DNA of 61,176 nucleotides, filler included, from an uncultured bacterium (GTDB lineage Bacteria > CAYJOG01): NCBI GenBank assembly GCA_964371695.1. It is 6 parts of 6 records of this genome, joined end to end, with 100 filler letters (N's around TTAATTAATTAA, not from the genome) between each part and the next. Parts side by side here need not be neighbours in the genome. Positions count along the whole stretch, not along the records: positions 51,300 to 61,176 come from CAYJOG010000064.1; 5 more parts are not named here. One strand, given 5' to 3'. Under the pieces are notes generated by a model that searched no databases, had not been told where the DNA came from, and saw only the letters and a program-made list of their open reading frames with translations. The translations under genes and the position numbers were made by a program. Shown here one piece after another: positions 51,676 through 61,176 of the stretch. The stretch's first letter is position 1; each line of letters starts with the position of its first letter.

Positions 51676-53793
51676 TTAATACGGCATCCAGTCCAGCGTC
51701 AGCACGCGACCGGGCACAGAAAAGCGGGCTGGCTGGGCGTCTTTTTCGGTGACGATCCACACCTCTTGTCCCACTCCCAGGGCCATGGCCGCCAGACCTT
51801 CGCGCAGGGCCACCGCCTTGACCGTGGACAGGTTTTTGGCCAGGGGCGGGGGTTGTATCAACCGCACCTCACCGGCGTTCAGGTCCAGGCGCACCAGCGT
51901 GTCCGTCAGCACGGGGCTGGGGGCATAAAGCACCCCCTTCACCACGGGGCTGAGGGCCGCACCTTCGGCATAAAACAGATATTTGGCGGTAGGGCCGAAG
52001 TTCACCCACTGGCCAGGGCCTTTCAGGGGCTGGCGTTTCAGGCAGGGTTCCTCCTGGCCGCCGCAGTCGCGCCCCAGCATCAGCAGGGTGGTGGCGTTTT
52101 CCCAACTCAGCGCCAGGGCCTTGCCGGGCAGCTTGAGCAGCGCGCCCCCCGTGGCCACGTCAACCACCACCGTCTGGGGCGACCAGCCGGGCTGTGAGAA
52201 CGTGCTCATGGCCAGCTTCATGCCGTCGGGCGACAGGCTGAGGTGTTTTTTGAAGGCAGTGTCTTTGAGCAGCACGCGGGCCGGTTTTCCCTGGCGCTGT
52301 ACCCACACCATATAGGTCGGGCCTTCGCGCTTCATCCACGCCCGCACACCCGCCCGGCTGGTGCTGAACAACCCCTCGCCCTCAAACCGCAGCACCCCCG
52401 CGCCCTTCAGGCTGAACACTTCTCCGGCGGCGGTGCTGATGAGCAGCCGCCCGCTCACCGAGCCGCCCAGGGGCCAGGTCTGGTCTCCCAGACCCGGCAG
52501 CGGCGGCGGCGCACCCCCACGGGCCAGCGCAGGCGGCGGGCCGGTTTTGGCCACAGCGGGGGGTGTTTTGGAAGGCGGCGTGGCCGCCCCGGTTGGCGCG
52601 GTGGCGGGCTTGTTTTTCTTTTCGATGGCGGCGATGCGGGCCGGGTCTTCTTTTGTGCAAAGGCCCTCTTTCTGGGCCATGGCGTCTTCGATAAAAGCGA
52701 TATTTTCTTTCACTGTGGGCTGGCTGGTGTCCAGCATCCGGGCCTGCTCCAGTTCTGAGAGGGCCCGCTGGCAATAACCCAGCTTGAACCAAGCAAAGGC
52801 CATGTTGTTGTGGGGCGCGGGGTCTTTGGGGTCCAGGGCCTGTGCCCGCAGATTGGCCCCGATGGCCTCTTCCACTTTCTCCTGCTTGAGCAGCGTGTTG
52901 GCCAGATTTTGCAGCGCCAAGCCATAACTGGGCGAGAGCGACAGGGCTTTTTCGTAATCCTTCGCGGCGTCGTCAAAACGTTCCAGCATTTCCATGGCGT
53001 GGCCCCGGTTGTTCAGCGCCACCGCCATGCCGGGGGAAATCGCCAATGCTTTTTCGTGGGCGCGCACGGCGTCTTCATAGGCCCCCAGACTGTCCTGGGC
53101 CACCCCCAGATTGGTCCAGCGTTCGGGGTCGTCGGGGTGCTGGATCAGTTCTTTTTTCAGCACCCGCACGGCGGTGGAAAAATCCTTCTCCACCAAAAAG
53201 GACTCGCCGGATTTTTCGGTCACGGAAAACTGGCGCAACTGTTCTTCCAGGTCCTGCTGGGCGAGGCGCACGCGCTCCTGGGTTTCGGGCGTGAGGCGGG
53301 TTTTGAGCTTGACGGTTTCGCCACCCCCCGCGAGCGCCAGATGCTGCTCGATCACGGTGTTGCCGGGGTGGCGTTTCTGGGCCGCCAGCAACACTTCCCG
53401 CGCCTGTTCCCGTTCGTCCAGACCCACCAGCACATAGGCCAGCTTGGTGGCGCACTTGAGGCAGGCGGGGTCCAACCCCAGGGCCTCGCGCAGGGCGGCG
53501 GCGGCCTCGGCAGGCTCGCCCAGTTCCAGATAACCCTCCCCCAGCAGTTGCAGCAGGGGCACGGGGTTGGGGGCGGCGGGCAGGGCCTCCTGCAAACGGG
53601 CGATGCCTTTTTCCCAGGCCTCCGATTCAAAATCCACCGTGGCCTGTTGCAGCACCTGGGCGGTTTGTTCTTCGGTGAGGAGGTTTTTGCCTTTGGCCGG
53701 GACGGAGGAAGAAAGGGGAAGAAGAAGCAGGAGAAAGAGCAGCAGCCATTGCCGTTGCAAAAGAAAAGGCCACGTCGTCAGAAAATGCCGCAT
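51676..53793 (-). CDS. exported TPR-repeat protein with a Pro-rich linker and beta-rich C-terminal domain
   Basis: Multiple TPRs (WTNLGVAQ, ALNNRGHA, ALQNLANT, PHNNMAFA); signal peptide. Confidence 0.85.
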   Translation of the reverse strand: MRHFLTTWPFLLQRQWLLLFLLLLLPLSSSVPAKGKNLLTEEQTAQVLQQATVDFESEAWEKGIARLQEALPAAPNPVPLLQLLGEGYLELGEPAEAAAALREALGLDPACLKCATKLAYVLVGLDEREQAREVLLAAQKRHPGNTVIEQHLALAGGGETVKLKTRLTPETQERVRLAQQDLEEQLRQFSVTEKSGESFLVEKDFSTAVRVLKKELIQHPDDPERWTNLGVAQDSLGAYEDAVRAHEKALAISPGMAVALNNRGHAMEMLERFDDAAKDYEKALSLSPSYGLALQNLANTLLKQEKVEEAIGANLRAQALDPKDPAPHNNMAFAWFKLGYCQRALSELEQARMLDTSQPTVKENIAFIEDAMAQKEGLCTKEDPARIAAIEKKNKPATAPTGAATPPSKTPPAVAKTGPPPALARGGAPPPLPGLGDQTWPLGGSVSGRLLISTAAGEVFSLKGAGVLRFEGEGLFSTSRAGVRAWMKREGPTYMVWVQRQGKPARVLLKDTAFKKHLSLSPDGMKLAMSTFSQPGWSPQTVVVDVATGGALLKLPGKALALSWENATTLLMLGRDCGGQEEPCLKRQPLKGPGQWVNFGPTAKYLFYAEGAALSPVVKGVLYAPSPVLTDTLVRLDLNAGEVRLIQPPPLAKNLSTVKAVALREGLAAMALGVGQEVWIVTEKDAQPARFSVPGRVLTLDWMPY

Positions 53794-53811
53794 CGTTCCC
53801 TCCCCCCCGCC

Positions 53812-53838
53812 GTCATTCCCGCAAAAGCGGGAATCCAG
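53812..53838. repeat. REP-like family B (GTCATTCCCGC..GCGGGAATCCAG)
   Basis: Other copies at 59147-59173, 61089-61115 and a partial one at 60928. Confidence 0.85.
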
Positions 53839-54064
53839 CTCAAAACAAAAAATTGGTGGCGCAGGCATCTTGCCTGCGTAAAGCAAAAGAGAAAAAACCA
53901 CTGCTCCTTCTCCCCCAGAACCCGGTTGCCGACCAGAAAAGGGGGGTGCTTTTTGCTTAACCCCTCACCCGGCCTGCGGCCACCCTCTCCCCATAAAGGG
54001 GAGAGGGAAATAAGGTGGCCTGTATTCGCATTCGTGGGAATGCAGCCCTCAAACGCCGACAAGC

Positions 54065-55651
54065 TCACATCGCCTCCACGCTCTGGCTCATTTTTTCCAG
54101 ATTCGGACGGCTCAGTTCAAAGTCGCGGGCGTTGGTGGTGGCGGTGATGAGAAACCAGCGGTCCCCCACTTTTTTCAGTTCCACCCACTGCGAGAGCGGC
54201 GCTTTGGCCACCACCAACTGATAACCCGCGCCGGTGGACGACAGGTTGCTGAAGGACACCTCAAACCCCACGCGCCGCAGGCCCTGCACGGTCTGGTCCA
54301 TGTGGGCGCTGGCGTCGGCCACGGTCTCTGGCTGAATGGTGAAGCGCGAGGGGCCGTTCAGAAACGTGACGCTGCCACCCAGCGACTGCGCGTCCCGCGA
54401 CCAGCCCGCCGAGGGGGGCGTCACCTTCAGCCCCAGTTCCGGCACCACAAAGGGCTGGCCCGCCGCCACCGCCATGGGGGGCGGCGCTGTGCCGGTGGCC
54501 ACGGGGGGCGCAAGGGTTTCGACTGTTTCGGGCGGCGTGGTTTCTGCCGGAGGCTGGTTTGTCAGGGGCGAGGGCAGGGGATTGCCGGTGGGGGGGGCTG
54601 ATGCGCTGAGCGGAACCGGGAGGGTTTCGCCCGGCGGGGCCATCACCACCACACCCGGCTGAGACGCTGAGGCCGTTTCGGGTGTTGTGGCCGGGAGCTG
54701 AGGGTTGACCGGCGGAGGAGCCGTGCCCGGCAACACGCCAAAATCCCGCAGCACCTTGGCTTCGTCAAAGGGGTCTGCGTCCAGCGGTGTGAGTCCCCCG
54801 GCAGACGCCACCGGCGGCGCGGCAGTGGGCGGGTTTTTCTGCACGATGATTTCGCGTCCCGTCAGCGCGTTGGCGGCAAAGGTGTCGGCCAGGTCCAGCC
54901 ACAGGGTGTCGTCCATCAGCGCCAGACGTGCGCCGTCTCGCAACAGCGCCGACACGGTGGGGTTGTTGCGCAGCACGCCGCCGGGCAGGGCGCTCAGGCG
55001 TTTGGCGCGGCTGATGAGGTCATCAAACATGCCGCCGGGGTGCCGCCGGTTTGCGGTCTCTGCCAGAATCAGCGCCACGGCGGCCCAGTCGGGGGTTTCC
55101 TGTCCCGGCGCGGCCTCGGCGTAGTCCAGCAACTGGCCCAGCTTGGTCACCAGAAAACCCGTCAGTTCCGAGCGGTCCTGCACACCGTCGGCCTGCCCCA
55201 GCCACCGCACAAACGCCGCCCCCTGGGCCACAAACACATGGGGCCGCTCAGCAGAGAGATCGGGGTGCAGCAGGGCGTCGTTCAGGTTTTTCATCAGCAG
55301 CGGCAGGCTGGTGCGGGCCTTCAGGCTCCAGGGCGCGCCGGCGGTGGTCATGAAACTTTTCAGGGCGTCGCGGAAGTCTTCCTGCACCGTGCGGGCCTGG
55401 GCGGGCGCACTGAACAACAGGGCGCACAGCGCGAGCAGTGCGCACCCCCACAGAACCTGTTTTAAAAGTCCGTCGTGGACTTTTAAAACCCAACGCCATC
55501 GGGGGCCAAGCCCCCTCGGCGTGGCGAAAACCTGCGCTTTTTCAAATCTCCGGTTTTCGTGTGCGGCCATCCATGGCCGCAAGAGCCTGTTCAAATTACA
55601 CCATGTTCCACATGGCGCAATTATTAAACAGGCTCTAGGTCTCACGGGCAT
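54065..55651 (-). CDS. hypothetical exported Pro-rich protein with an in-frame repeat element in its N-terminus
   Basis: Open frame; TACAAT 6 nt before ATG 55651; signal h-region and AQA site follow the element. Confidence 0.7.
   Translation of the reverse strand: MPVRPRACLIIAPCGTWCNLNRLLRPWMAAHENRRFEKAQVFATPRGLGPRWRWVLKVHDGLLKQVLWGCALLALCALLFSAPAQARTVQEDFRDALKSFMTTAGAPWSLKARTSLPLLMKNLNDALLHPDLSAERPHVFVAQGAAFVRWLGQADGVQDRSELTGFLVTKLGQLLDYAEAAPGQETPDWAAVALILAETANRRHPGGMFDDLISRAKRLSALPGGVLRNNPTVSALLRDGARLALMDDTLWLDLADTFAANALTGREIIVQKNPPTAAPPVASAGGLTPLDADPFDEAKVLRDFGVLPGTAPPPVNPQLPATTPETASASQPGVVVMAPPGETLPVPLSASAPPTGNPLPSPLTNQPPAETTPPETVETLAPPVATGTAPPPMAVAAGQPFVVPELGLKVTPPSAGWSRDAQSLGGSVTFLNGPSRFTIQPETVADASAHMDQTVQGLRRVGFEVSFSNLSSTGAGYQLVVAKAPLSQWVELKKVGDRWFLITATTNARDFELSRPNLEKMSQSVEAM
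55452..55636 (+). mobile_element. MITE-like structured element, copy 2
   Basis: Termini AGAACCTGTTT and AAACAGGCTCT; colinear with the reverse complement of 7587-7760. Confidence 0.75.
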
Positions 55652-55714
55652 CAACCCATTGTAGTGATGTTCAGGCGCGAGACTGGAAGGGGAAGATGGA
55701 AACAGGAGGCCGTT

Positions 55715-56377
55715 TCAATACCGCGGTTTTTTGCCCGTGAGTACATACACCGTGCGTTCGCCCAGGTTGGTGACGTGATCGGCCACGCGCTCCAGGCTCT
55801 GGCAGATCACCAGCAAGTGACTGGCCTGCATGACGGTGGCGGGGTTGTGATTCATCTGGTGCAGCAGTTCGCTGGTGAGGTCGCGGTGGAGCTGGTCGAT
55901 TTCTTCGTCGCGGGTGCAGGCGGCGTGGGCTTTTTCTTCGTTGCCGCTCACATAGGCGTCCAGCACTTCTTTGAGCATGGCGCTGGAAATCTCGCCCATG
56001 CGCAGCAGGTCCATGGACTGTTTCATGGGGGGCCAGTGCAAAAGCTCCAGGGCGTTGCGGGCCACTTTGCCCGACAGGTCGCCAATGCGTTCCAGGTCGG
56101 TGATGGCCTTGAGCAGAAAGGCCGCCTCGCGCAGGTCTTGCAGCATGGGGCCGTGCAGGGCGATGAGCCTGAGCGCGCCGTGCTCGATGGCGGCCTCCAG
56201 GTCGTCCATCATCTGGTCGTTTTCGGCCACGCGCCGGGCCAGGAGTTCATCCTGCGTGGCCAGGGCTTTGACGCTGTTTTTCAGGGCTTCTTCGGCCATC
56301 GCGCCCAGGCGCAGAAAATCCTCCTGCGCGGGGGCCATGACAGAAGAAAAATTTGTTTTGAGGCCTCGGGTCATCAT
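55715..56377 (-). CDS. phoU: phosphate signalling protein PhoU
   Basis: DLERIGD and LERVADHVTNLGE repeats. Confidence 0.95.
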   Translation of the reverse strand: MMTRGLKTNFSSVMAPAQEDFLRLGAMAEEALKNSVKALATQDELLARRVAENDQMMDDLEAAIEHGALRLIALHGPMLQDLREAAFLLKAITDLERIGDLSGKVARNALELLHWPPMKQSMDLLRMGEISSAMLKEVLDAYVSGNEEKAHAACTRDEEIDQLHRDLTSELLHQMNHNPATVMQASHLLVICQSLERVADHVTNLGERTVYVLTGKKPRY

Positions 56378-56513
56378 GCAATATCCTTAACCTCCTATTT
56401 TAGGGAGAAACATTGAGGTTTTGTTGAACAAATCATCATTTCCTTGTGAAAAACCGCACAAAATCGGGGCGTAGCACTGTGATTTGCCCCGCTGCCGGGG
56501 TTATTCTTTTTCC

Positions 56514-57050
56514 ATGCGCCCGCTTTCTGCCGCGTTGAACGAGGGCCTGAGCCAGCACCTGGGCCACAAACAGCAGCCGCTGCTGGCGCTCACGCGGGCC
56601 TGGGGCGAACTGGTGGGCCCCAAGCTGGCCATGCATACCTTGCCGGTCAAAATCACACCCAAGGGCCTGCTGGTGGTGAAGGTGGCGGGGGCCAGTCTGG
56701 CCCACGAACTGGCCCAGATGAAATCTGCGTTGTTGCCCAAACTGGTGCCCTATGGTGTCTCGCAGTTGCGCACCAGGGTGTCGGCCAAACTGCCCAATGC
56801 CATGTTGCCCCCCGCTGGCGGCGGGCCTGCCGATGCGCTGACTCCTCAGGAATTTGCCCGTCAGATCCGCGAAGCCCACCACCGGCAGATGAAGGCCACC
56901 CGCGAAAAAGCGCGGGCGCAGCAGGCGGCTGAGGCGGCCCCACCAGCGGAGGAATCTCCCGCCCCCGCCAGCGGCGAAAGCAGCGAGTCGCCCACCACCT
57001 TTGGTCAGGCCCTGGCCGCAGCCTGGGCCAAAAAGCAGCAACAGGGCTGA
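56514..57050 (+). CDS. DUF721/DciA-family protein
   Basis: AWGELVGPKLAMHTLPV...LVVKV..SLAHEL motif. Confidence 0.8.
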   Translation: MRPLSAALNEGLSQHLGHKQQPLLALTRAWGELVGPKLAMHTLPVKITPKGLLVVKVAGASLAHELAQMKSALLPKLVPYGVSQLRTRVSAKLPNAMLPPAGGGPADALTPQEFARQIREAHHRQMKATREKARAQQAAEAAPPAEESPAPASGESSESPTTFGQALAAAWAKKQQQG

Positions 57051-57136
57051 GTTCTTTTTGTGGCCCGGACACACCTGTTTGTGCCACCCCCCCAAAAAAA
57101 CCGCCCCTGTGCCAGACTGGATAAAATCCGCCCGTT

Positions 57137-58699
57137 TTGAACAATCACCGCCACACCTTTCGCCGCACGGCCGTTTTGCTGATGGCGACACTGATGGCGT
57201 TGGCGGCGCTGCGGGGTCAGGGCCAGCCGCCAGAGGCGTGGTCCACCGGCACACCCCCGCCCGAAGACCTCACCTGCCCCCAGGGCTGGGTCAAGGCCGC
57301 CCAGGTCACCGCCCCCGAAACCCGCGCCTGGACTCCCCCCGTGAGCCGCCAGTTGCCCGGCAACTATCACCGGGGCATGGCGCTGGCCTTCGTGCCCGGC
57401 AAAACGCCCCTCAGCCGCTGGTGGTATCAGGTGACGCTGCCCGGCGGCGGCAAGGGCGCGCTGCCCGCGTGGGAATCGGCCCTGGCCTGCGTGCCCACCC
57501 ATTACCTCACGCGCAACTTTCCCAAAAACCTGCCGCCGGGCCAGGCCGCCATGGTGGTGGCGGGGCAGGTGGGCCTGCGCAACGAACCCACCACCGAAAA
57601 ACTCGCCTGGCTGGACAACACCCGCGTGGCCGAGCTGCACCAGGGCACCGTGATGCGCGTGATGGGCCGCGCGGCAAATGGCTGGCTCAAGGTGCGCCCC
57701 GGCTCTCTCGCGGGCGCGCCGCTGTGGTATCTGCAAGCCCACGACCTGTACCCCATTCAGGAGCCGCCCCCCGCCGAGCTGCTGGAACTGCGCATCTTCA
57801 GCGAGCCGCCGGGCGTACCCCACGTGACGCTCACCGCCTCGCGGCCCCTGCCGGTGATGGTGAAGCAGTGGGGCGACAGGGCGCTGTCGGTGCAGATTTT
57901 TGTGGACCGCGTGAGCGGGGCGGCGCAGCAGGCGGTGCTCTCGGCGGGGGGCAAGCTGATGACGGGTCAGGTGACGCTGCCGCTTTATTTTCAGAAACCC
58001 GTGGCGGGTTTTGTGGAGGGCTGGAACTTCACGGGTCTGGAGCAACCCGCCGCCTGGGCGCTCTACAGCGCGCCGCCGCCCGTGCCGCCGCCGGGGGGCT
58101 GGCGGGCGGGGCTGAACGGCTTGCGGGTGGTGCTGGACCCAGGCCATGGCGCGGGCTTTGAACTACCGGGCTGTAAATATGGGGGGCTATAAAACCACGG
58201 CGGGGTCTGGTATAAAGAGGAAACCTTCACCCTGGCCATCGGCTTGGCCACGCGGGACGAACTCACCCGGCGTGGGGCCACGGTGTTGATGACCCGCGAA
58301 GGCCCCAACCCAAGCATGATGAGCCTCTATGCCCGCTCGCGTTTTGCGCGGCTGAACCAGGGGCAGGTGTTCATCAGCCACCACACCAATGCCGGGCCGT
58401 CTGCCGCACGGGGCGTGGAGGTGTATTACTTCACGCCCCAGAGCCGGGCGCTGGCCCAGGCGATGGTGATGCAGGTGGCCGCGGCCCAGGCCAACCCGGC
58501 GCGCAAGGCGGCGTTCAGCAGCTTTGGCGTGCTGCGCCACACGGCCATGCCGGCGGTGCTCATCGAACACGCCTTTCACAGCAACCCCGCCGAAGCCAAG
58601 CGCCTGACCGCGCCCGATTTTTATCAGCAGGCCGCCTTTGGCGTGGCCGAGGGCCTGACCGCCTGGCTGGAGAAGGTGTATCCGGCGGAGGGGATGTGA
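57137..58699 (+). pseudogene. N-acetylmuramoyl-L-alanine amidase (Amidase_3) interrupted by an in-frame TAA at 58190-58192
   Basis: VVLDPGHG before the stop; E..TL, LMTR, FISHHTNA and PAVLIE after it in the same frame. Confidence 0.8.
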
Positions 58700-58747
58700 G
58701 GGAGATTTTTATTCCTGTCTTGGAGGGGGAAATGTGGCCCCCTCGTC

Positions 58748-59364
58748 ACCTCTCCCCTTTACGGGGAGAGGTCGGCGCGTAGCGCCGGGTAATGGGCGCG
58801 GGGGGTCTTTTGGGAATGAGGCCGCATGTTGATGCTGCCGGGTGCGCCCAGCGGCACGACAGTGCCGGGGTCAAATATGAGAAAAAACCTTATTTGGTTA
58901 TTTTTTACATCGCCCTCACCCGGCCTTCGGCCACCCTCTCCCATGCAAGGCACGGGAGAGGGAAAAAGGCGGCGCTCGTTTCCTTCTCCCGTTCGAAGGA
59001 TGGGAGAAGGTGGCGCGTAGCGCCGGATAATGGGCGCGGGCGGTCTTTTGGGATTGCGGCAACATATTGATGCTGCCGGGCGCGCACAGCGGCGCGGCAG
59101 CGCCGGGCGTCAGACAAAAAGCAAAAACCAACTTTTTTATGTCTGACTGGATTCCCGCCTGCGCGGGAATGACGGCAGGAGGGTAGGTCTTCTCTTTACC
59201 CCCCTCTCCCCTTGAGGGAGAGGTCGGCGAAAATCGCATAGGGTGCGATTTGAGACGGGTGAGGGGTTTATTCAAATGCAAAAAAACAAATATCTTTTGA
59301 TTTTTTGCTTATTTTTCGCCCCTCACCCGCCCCTTCGGGGCACCCTCTCCCCATAGGGGAGAGG
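58748..59364. repeat. dense REP mosaic (5 family A, 2 family D, 1 family B)
   Basis: Units at 58748, 58785, 58913, 58982, 59023, 59147, 59202 and 59319, mostly separated by A/T tracts. Confidence 0.85.
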
Positions 59365-59427
59365 GAACGATGCTGGCGTGCGCAAACTTTTGCAAAAGGC
59401 TCTAACAGGGTGTTTCTCAGCACCCCG

Positions 59428-60156
59428 CTACGTCACCCTCTGGGCATTCAGGGGATTCTCCGTTGATTCCTGCGGCGTGATTTCTCCCACCCTCACCTGG
59501 GGCGCGTTGTTCATCTCGGTCAGCACCCAGTCCCAGAAAACACAGGCGGCTTTTTCGTCGCCCTGGGCCAGTGACACGTGTTTGGGAATCAGCACCCTGT
59601 TGTAAGGCGGCGTGAGATAAAACGCCCGCACCTTTTCGCCGGGGGCCGGGCGGGGGTTGAGGATGCACTCCATCAGCAGGCCCTCGCGCCACAGAGCCAG
59701 CAGGTGGGGCAGATGTTCGTCGCTCACCGTGTCTGGGTCCAGCACAAAACTGGTGCGGTGCTGGCGTCCGGGGCCGCCGAGGGTGAGGGGTTTGCCCTTT
59801 TGACGGAACAGCCATTCTTCGGGGGGCAGGTTTTCTTTTTCACCCGCTTCAAAGGCGTGCAGCATCAGCAGCGCCATGGCCCGCAAAAGCTGCTCAGCCG
59901 CCACCCCCAGCACCGGCCACAGGGGCGGCGTGAGGCGCGTGAGGTTTTCGGCCTCGCGCCAGCGATTTGGCTCAAACCGCACCACGTCGGCGCAAAAGGC
60001 GCGGAAGTCCGCCCCCGTCGCCACCGGTTCATCGGGGGCCATGGCGCTGAGCGAAAACCCGAAACGCCGGGCGGCGTTTTCACCGGTCAGCGACAACACC
60101 AGCACCTGTTCAGCACCCTGGAACGATTCATTCAGCGAGAGTCTCAAAAGCTGCAT
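59428..60156 (-). CDS. hypothetical protein
   Basis: 242-aa ORF; TATGAT 6 nt before ATG. Confidence 0.6.
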   Translation of the reverse strand: MQLLRLSLNESFQGAEQVLVLSLTGENAARRFGFSLSAMAPDEPVATGADFRAFCADVVRFEPNRWREAENLTRLTPPLWPVLGVAAEQLLRAMALLMLHAFEAGEKENLPPEEWLFRQKGKPLTLGGPGRQHRTSFVLDPDTVSDEHLPHLLALWREGLLMECILNPRPAPGEKVRAFYLTPPYNRVLIPKHVSLAQGDEKAACVFWDWVLTEMNNAPQVRVGEITPQESTENPLNAQRVT

Positions 60157-60304
60157 GGGGTCATCATAAAAGAAAGTAGGAGTAAAACATCTGGATAATG
60201 GGCCAGGTTTTTCCATCACCGGGCAACACCGGCTTTTTGCCCCCGTGTTGCTTGATTTCCCCATGCCATGTTTGGCTATACTTCCGGCTGCAAAAAGGTG
60301 CCCC

Positions 60305-60829
60305 ATGCGCGAAATGATTCTCAAAACCATCATCGAATTTGAAGAGCCGGAGCAGGCCCGCGAACTGGCCGCTTTGCTCAACCCTGAAGACGACGACCAG
60401 ATGGAGTCGCTCAAGAACACCCTGCGCGGCCTGGGTGAGGTTTCGTTTGCCAGCAAGAAGGGCAACGTGGCGGATTTGCTGGAGGCCCCCCGCAGCGGCA
60501 GCAAGGGTTCGTTTGTGGTGCGCGAGGCGTCTCTGAAGGGCACCACCGAACTGAAGGTGACCCTGGAAGGCGTGGGCGACGCGGGCTGGCTCATGGGCAT
60601 TGGTCTGGCGCTGCTGGCCGACGAAAACGGCGGCACCCTGCAAGACGCCACACTGGACGACCCCAATCAGAAAACCACCTTCGACTTTTTATGGGACGGC
60701 GAAAAAGCCCGCTACAGTCAGGCTGTGCGCGGTGTGGGTGGGGGCGACGACGAAGACGAGGAAGAAGACGAAGACCGGGAATTTGACGACGAGGACTTTG
60801 ACGAAGAGTTCCGCGACGAGGATTTTTAG
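60305..60829 (+). CDS. hypothetical acidic protein with an Asp/Glu-rich tail
   Basis: GC-rich third codon positions; C-terminus DDEDEEEDEDREFDDEDFDEEF. Confidence 0.7.
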   Translation: MREMILKTIIEFEEPEQARELAALLNPEDDDQMESLKNTLRGLGEVSFASKKGNVADLLEAPRSGSKGSFVVREASLKGTTELKVTLEGVGDAGWLMGIGLALLADENGGTLQDATLDDPNQKTTFDFLWDGEKARYSQAVRGVGGGDDEDEEEDEDREFDDEDFDEEFRDEDF

Positions 60830-60927
60830 TTCATTTTTGGAATTGGTGGGTCATCAGAAAAAGCCCCCGAACTCCCCCGCCCTGCGACACCCGCACGGAC
60901 GCGGACACACATCACCANNNNNNNNNN

Positions 60928-61161
60928 GGAATCCAGTCAGACATAGGCAAAAACATTCTTTCTTTTGGCAGTGGGGCAGGCGTCCCGCCTGCCTGAACAA
61001 AAAGGGCAAAAAACCTTTTTCTTTTCATGGCGGGCGAGACGCCCGCCCCACTGAAAGAGAACAGAAAAAGGTGTGTTTTTTGTCCCAACTGGATTCCCGC
61101 TTTCGCGGGAATGACGCCATCCAGGGCGGTTCTTCACCTCTCCCCTTTAATGGGGAGAGGT
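60928..61161. repeat. REP cluster (families B, C and A)
   Basis: Inverted family B pair enclosing an inverted family C pair, then a family A hairpin. Confidence 0.7.
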
Positions 61162-61176
61162 CGGATGGATTGGCCC

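Noticed and set aside
53794-53901. N-terminal extension of the TPR ORF
   Set aside because: It is translated REP family B/C sequence. The signal peptide starts at 53793.
58190-58192. Stop-codon reassignment
   Set aside because: TAA, TAG and TGA all end conserved genes at the expected positions elsewhere, and only one internal stop is seen.
58748-59364. Possible CRISPR array
   Set aside because: Units are mixed families in both orientations with irregular spacing, and no cas genes are present.

Overview
GC-rich bacterial DNA from a diderm (lipid A acyltransferase, beta-barrel proteins). It is six unrelated contigs of about 10 kb, sorted by decreasing length and joined by artificial N44-TTAATTAATTAA-N44 linkers (10521-10620, 20861-20960, 30978-31077, 41093-41192, 51200-51299), so adjacency across linkers means nothing. 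Content: ppdK followed by a full-length but apparently catalytically dead ppdK paralog; PIN and RelE/ParE toxin genes; a partial DAHP synthase; tRNA-Ile with a tiny att-flanked remnant; comEA; an Ig/Fn3-like surface protein operon; B12 radical SAM, FIST and aminotransferase genes; ahcY; a >3300-aa repetitive surface protein; a DUF370-gmk-rpoZ-hisG-proB-OMP-lpxL-nudix cluster; tRNA-Val; phoU; DUF721; and an amidase split by one in-frame TAA. Intergenic DNA is rich in REP-like and MITE-like structured repeats. Top leads: the PPDK pseudoenzyme, a ~180-bp structured element fused into coding sequences, an ~85-nt covarying repeat always docked on a REP, and many apparently leaderless genes.
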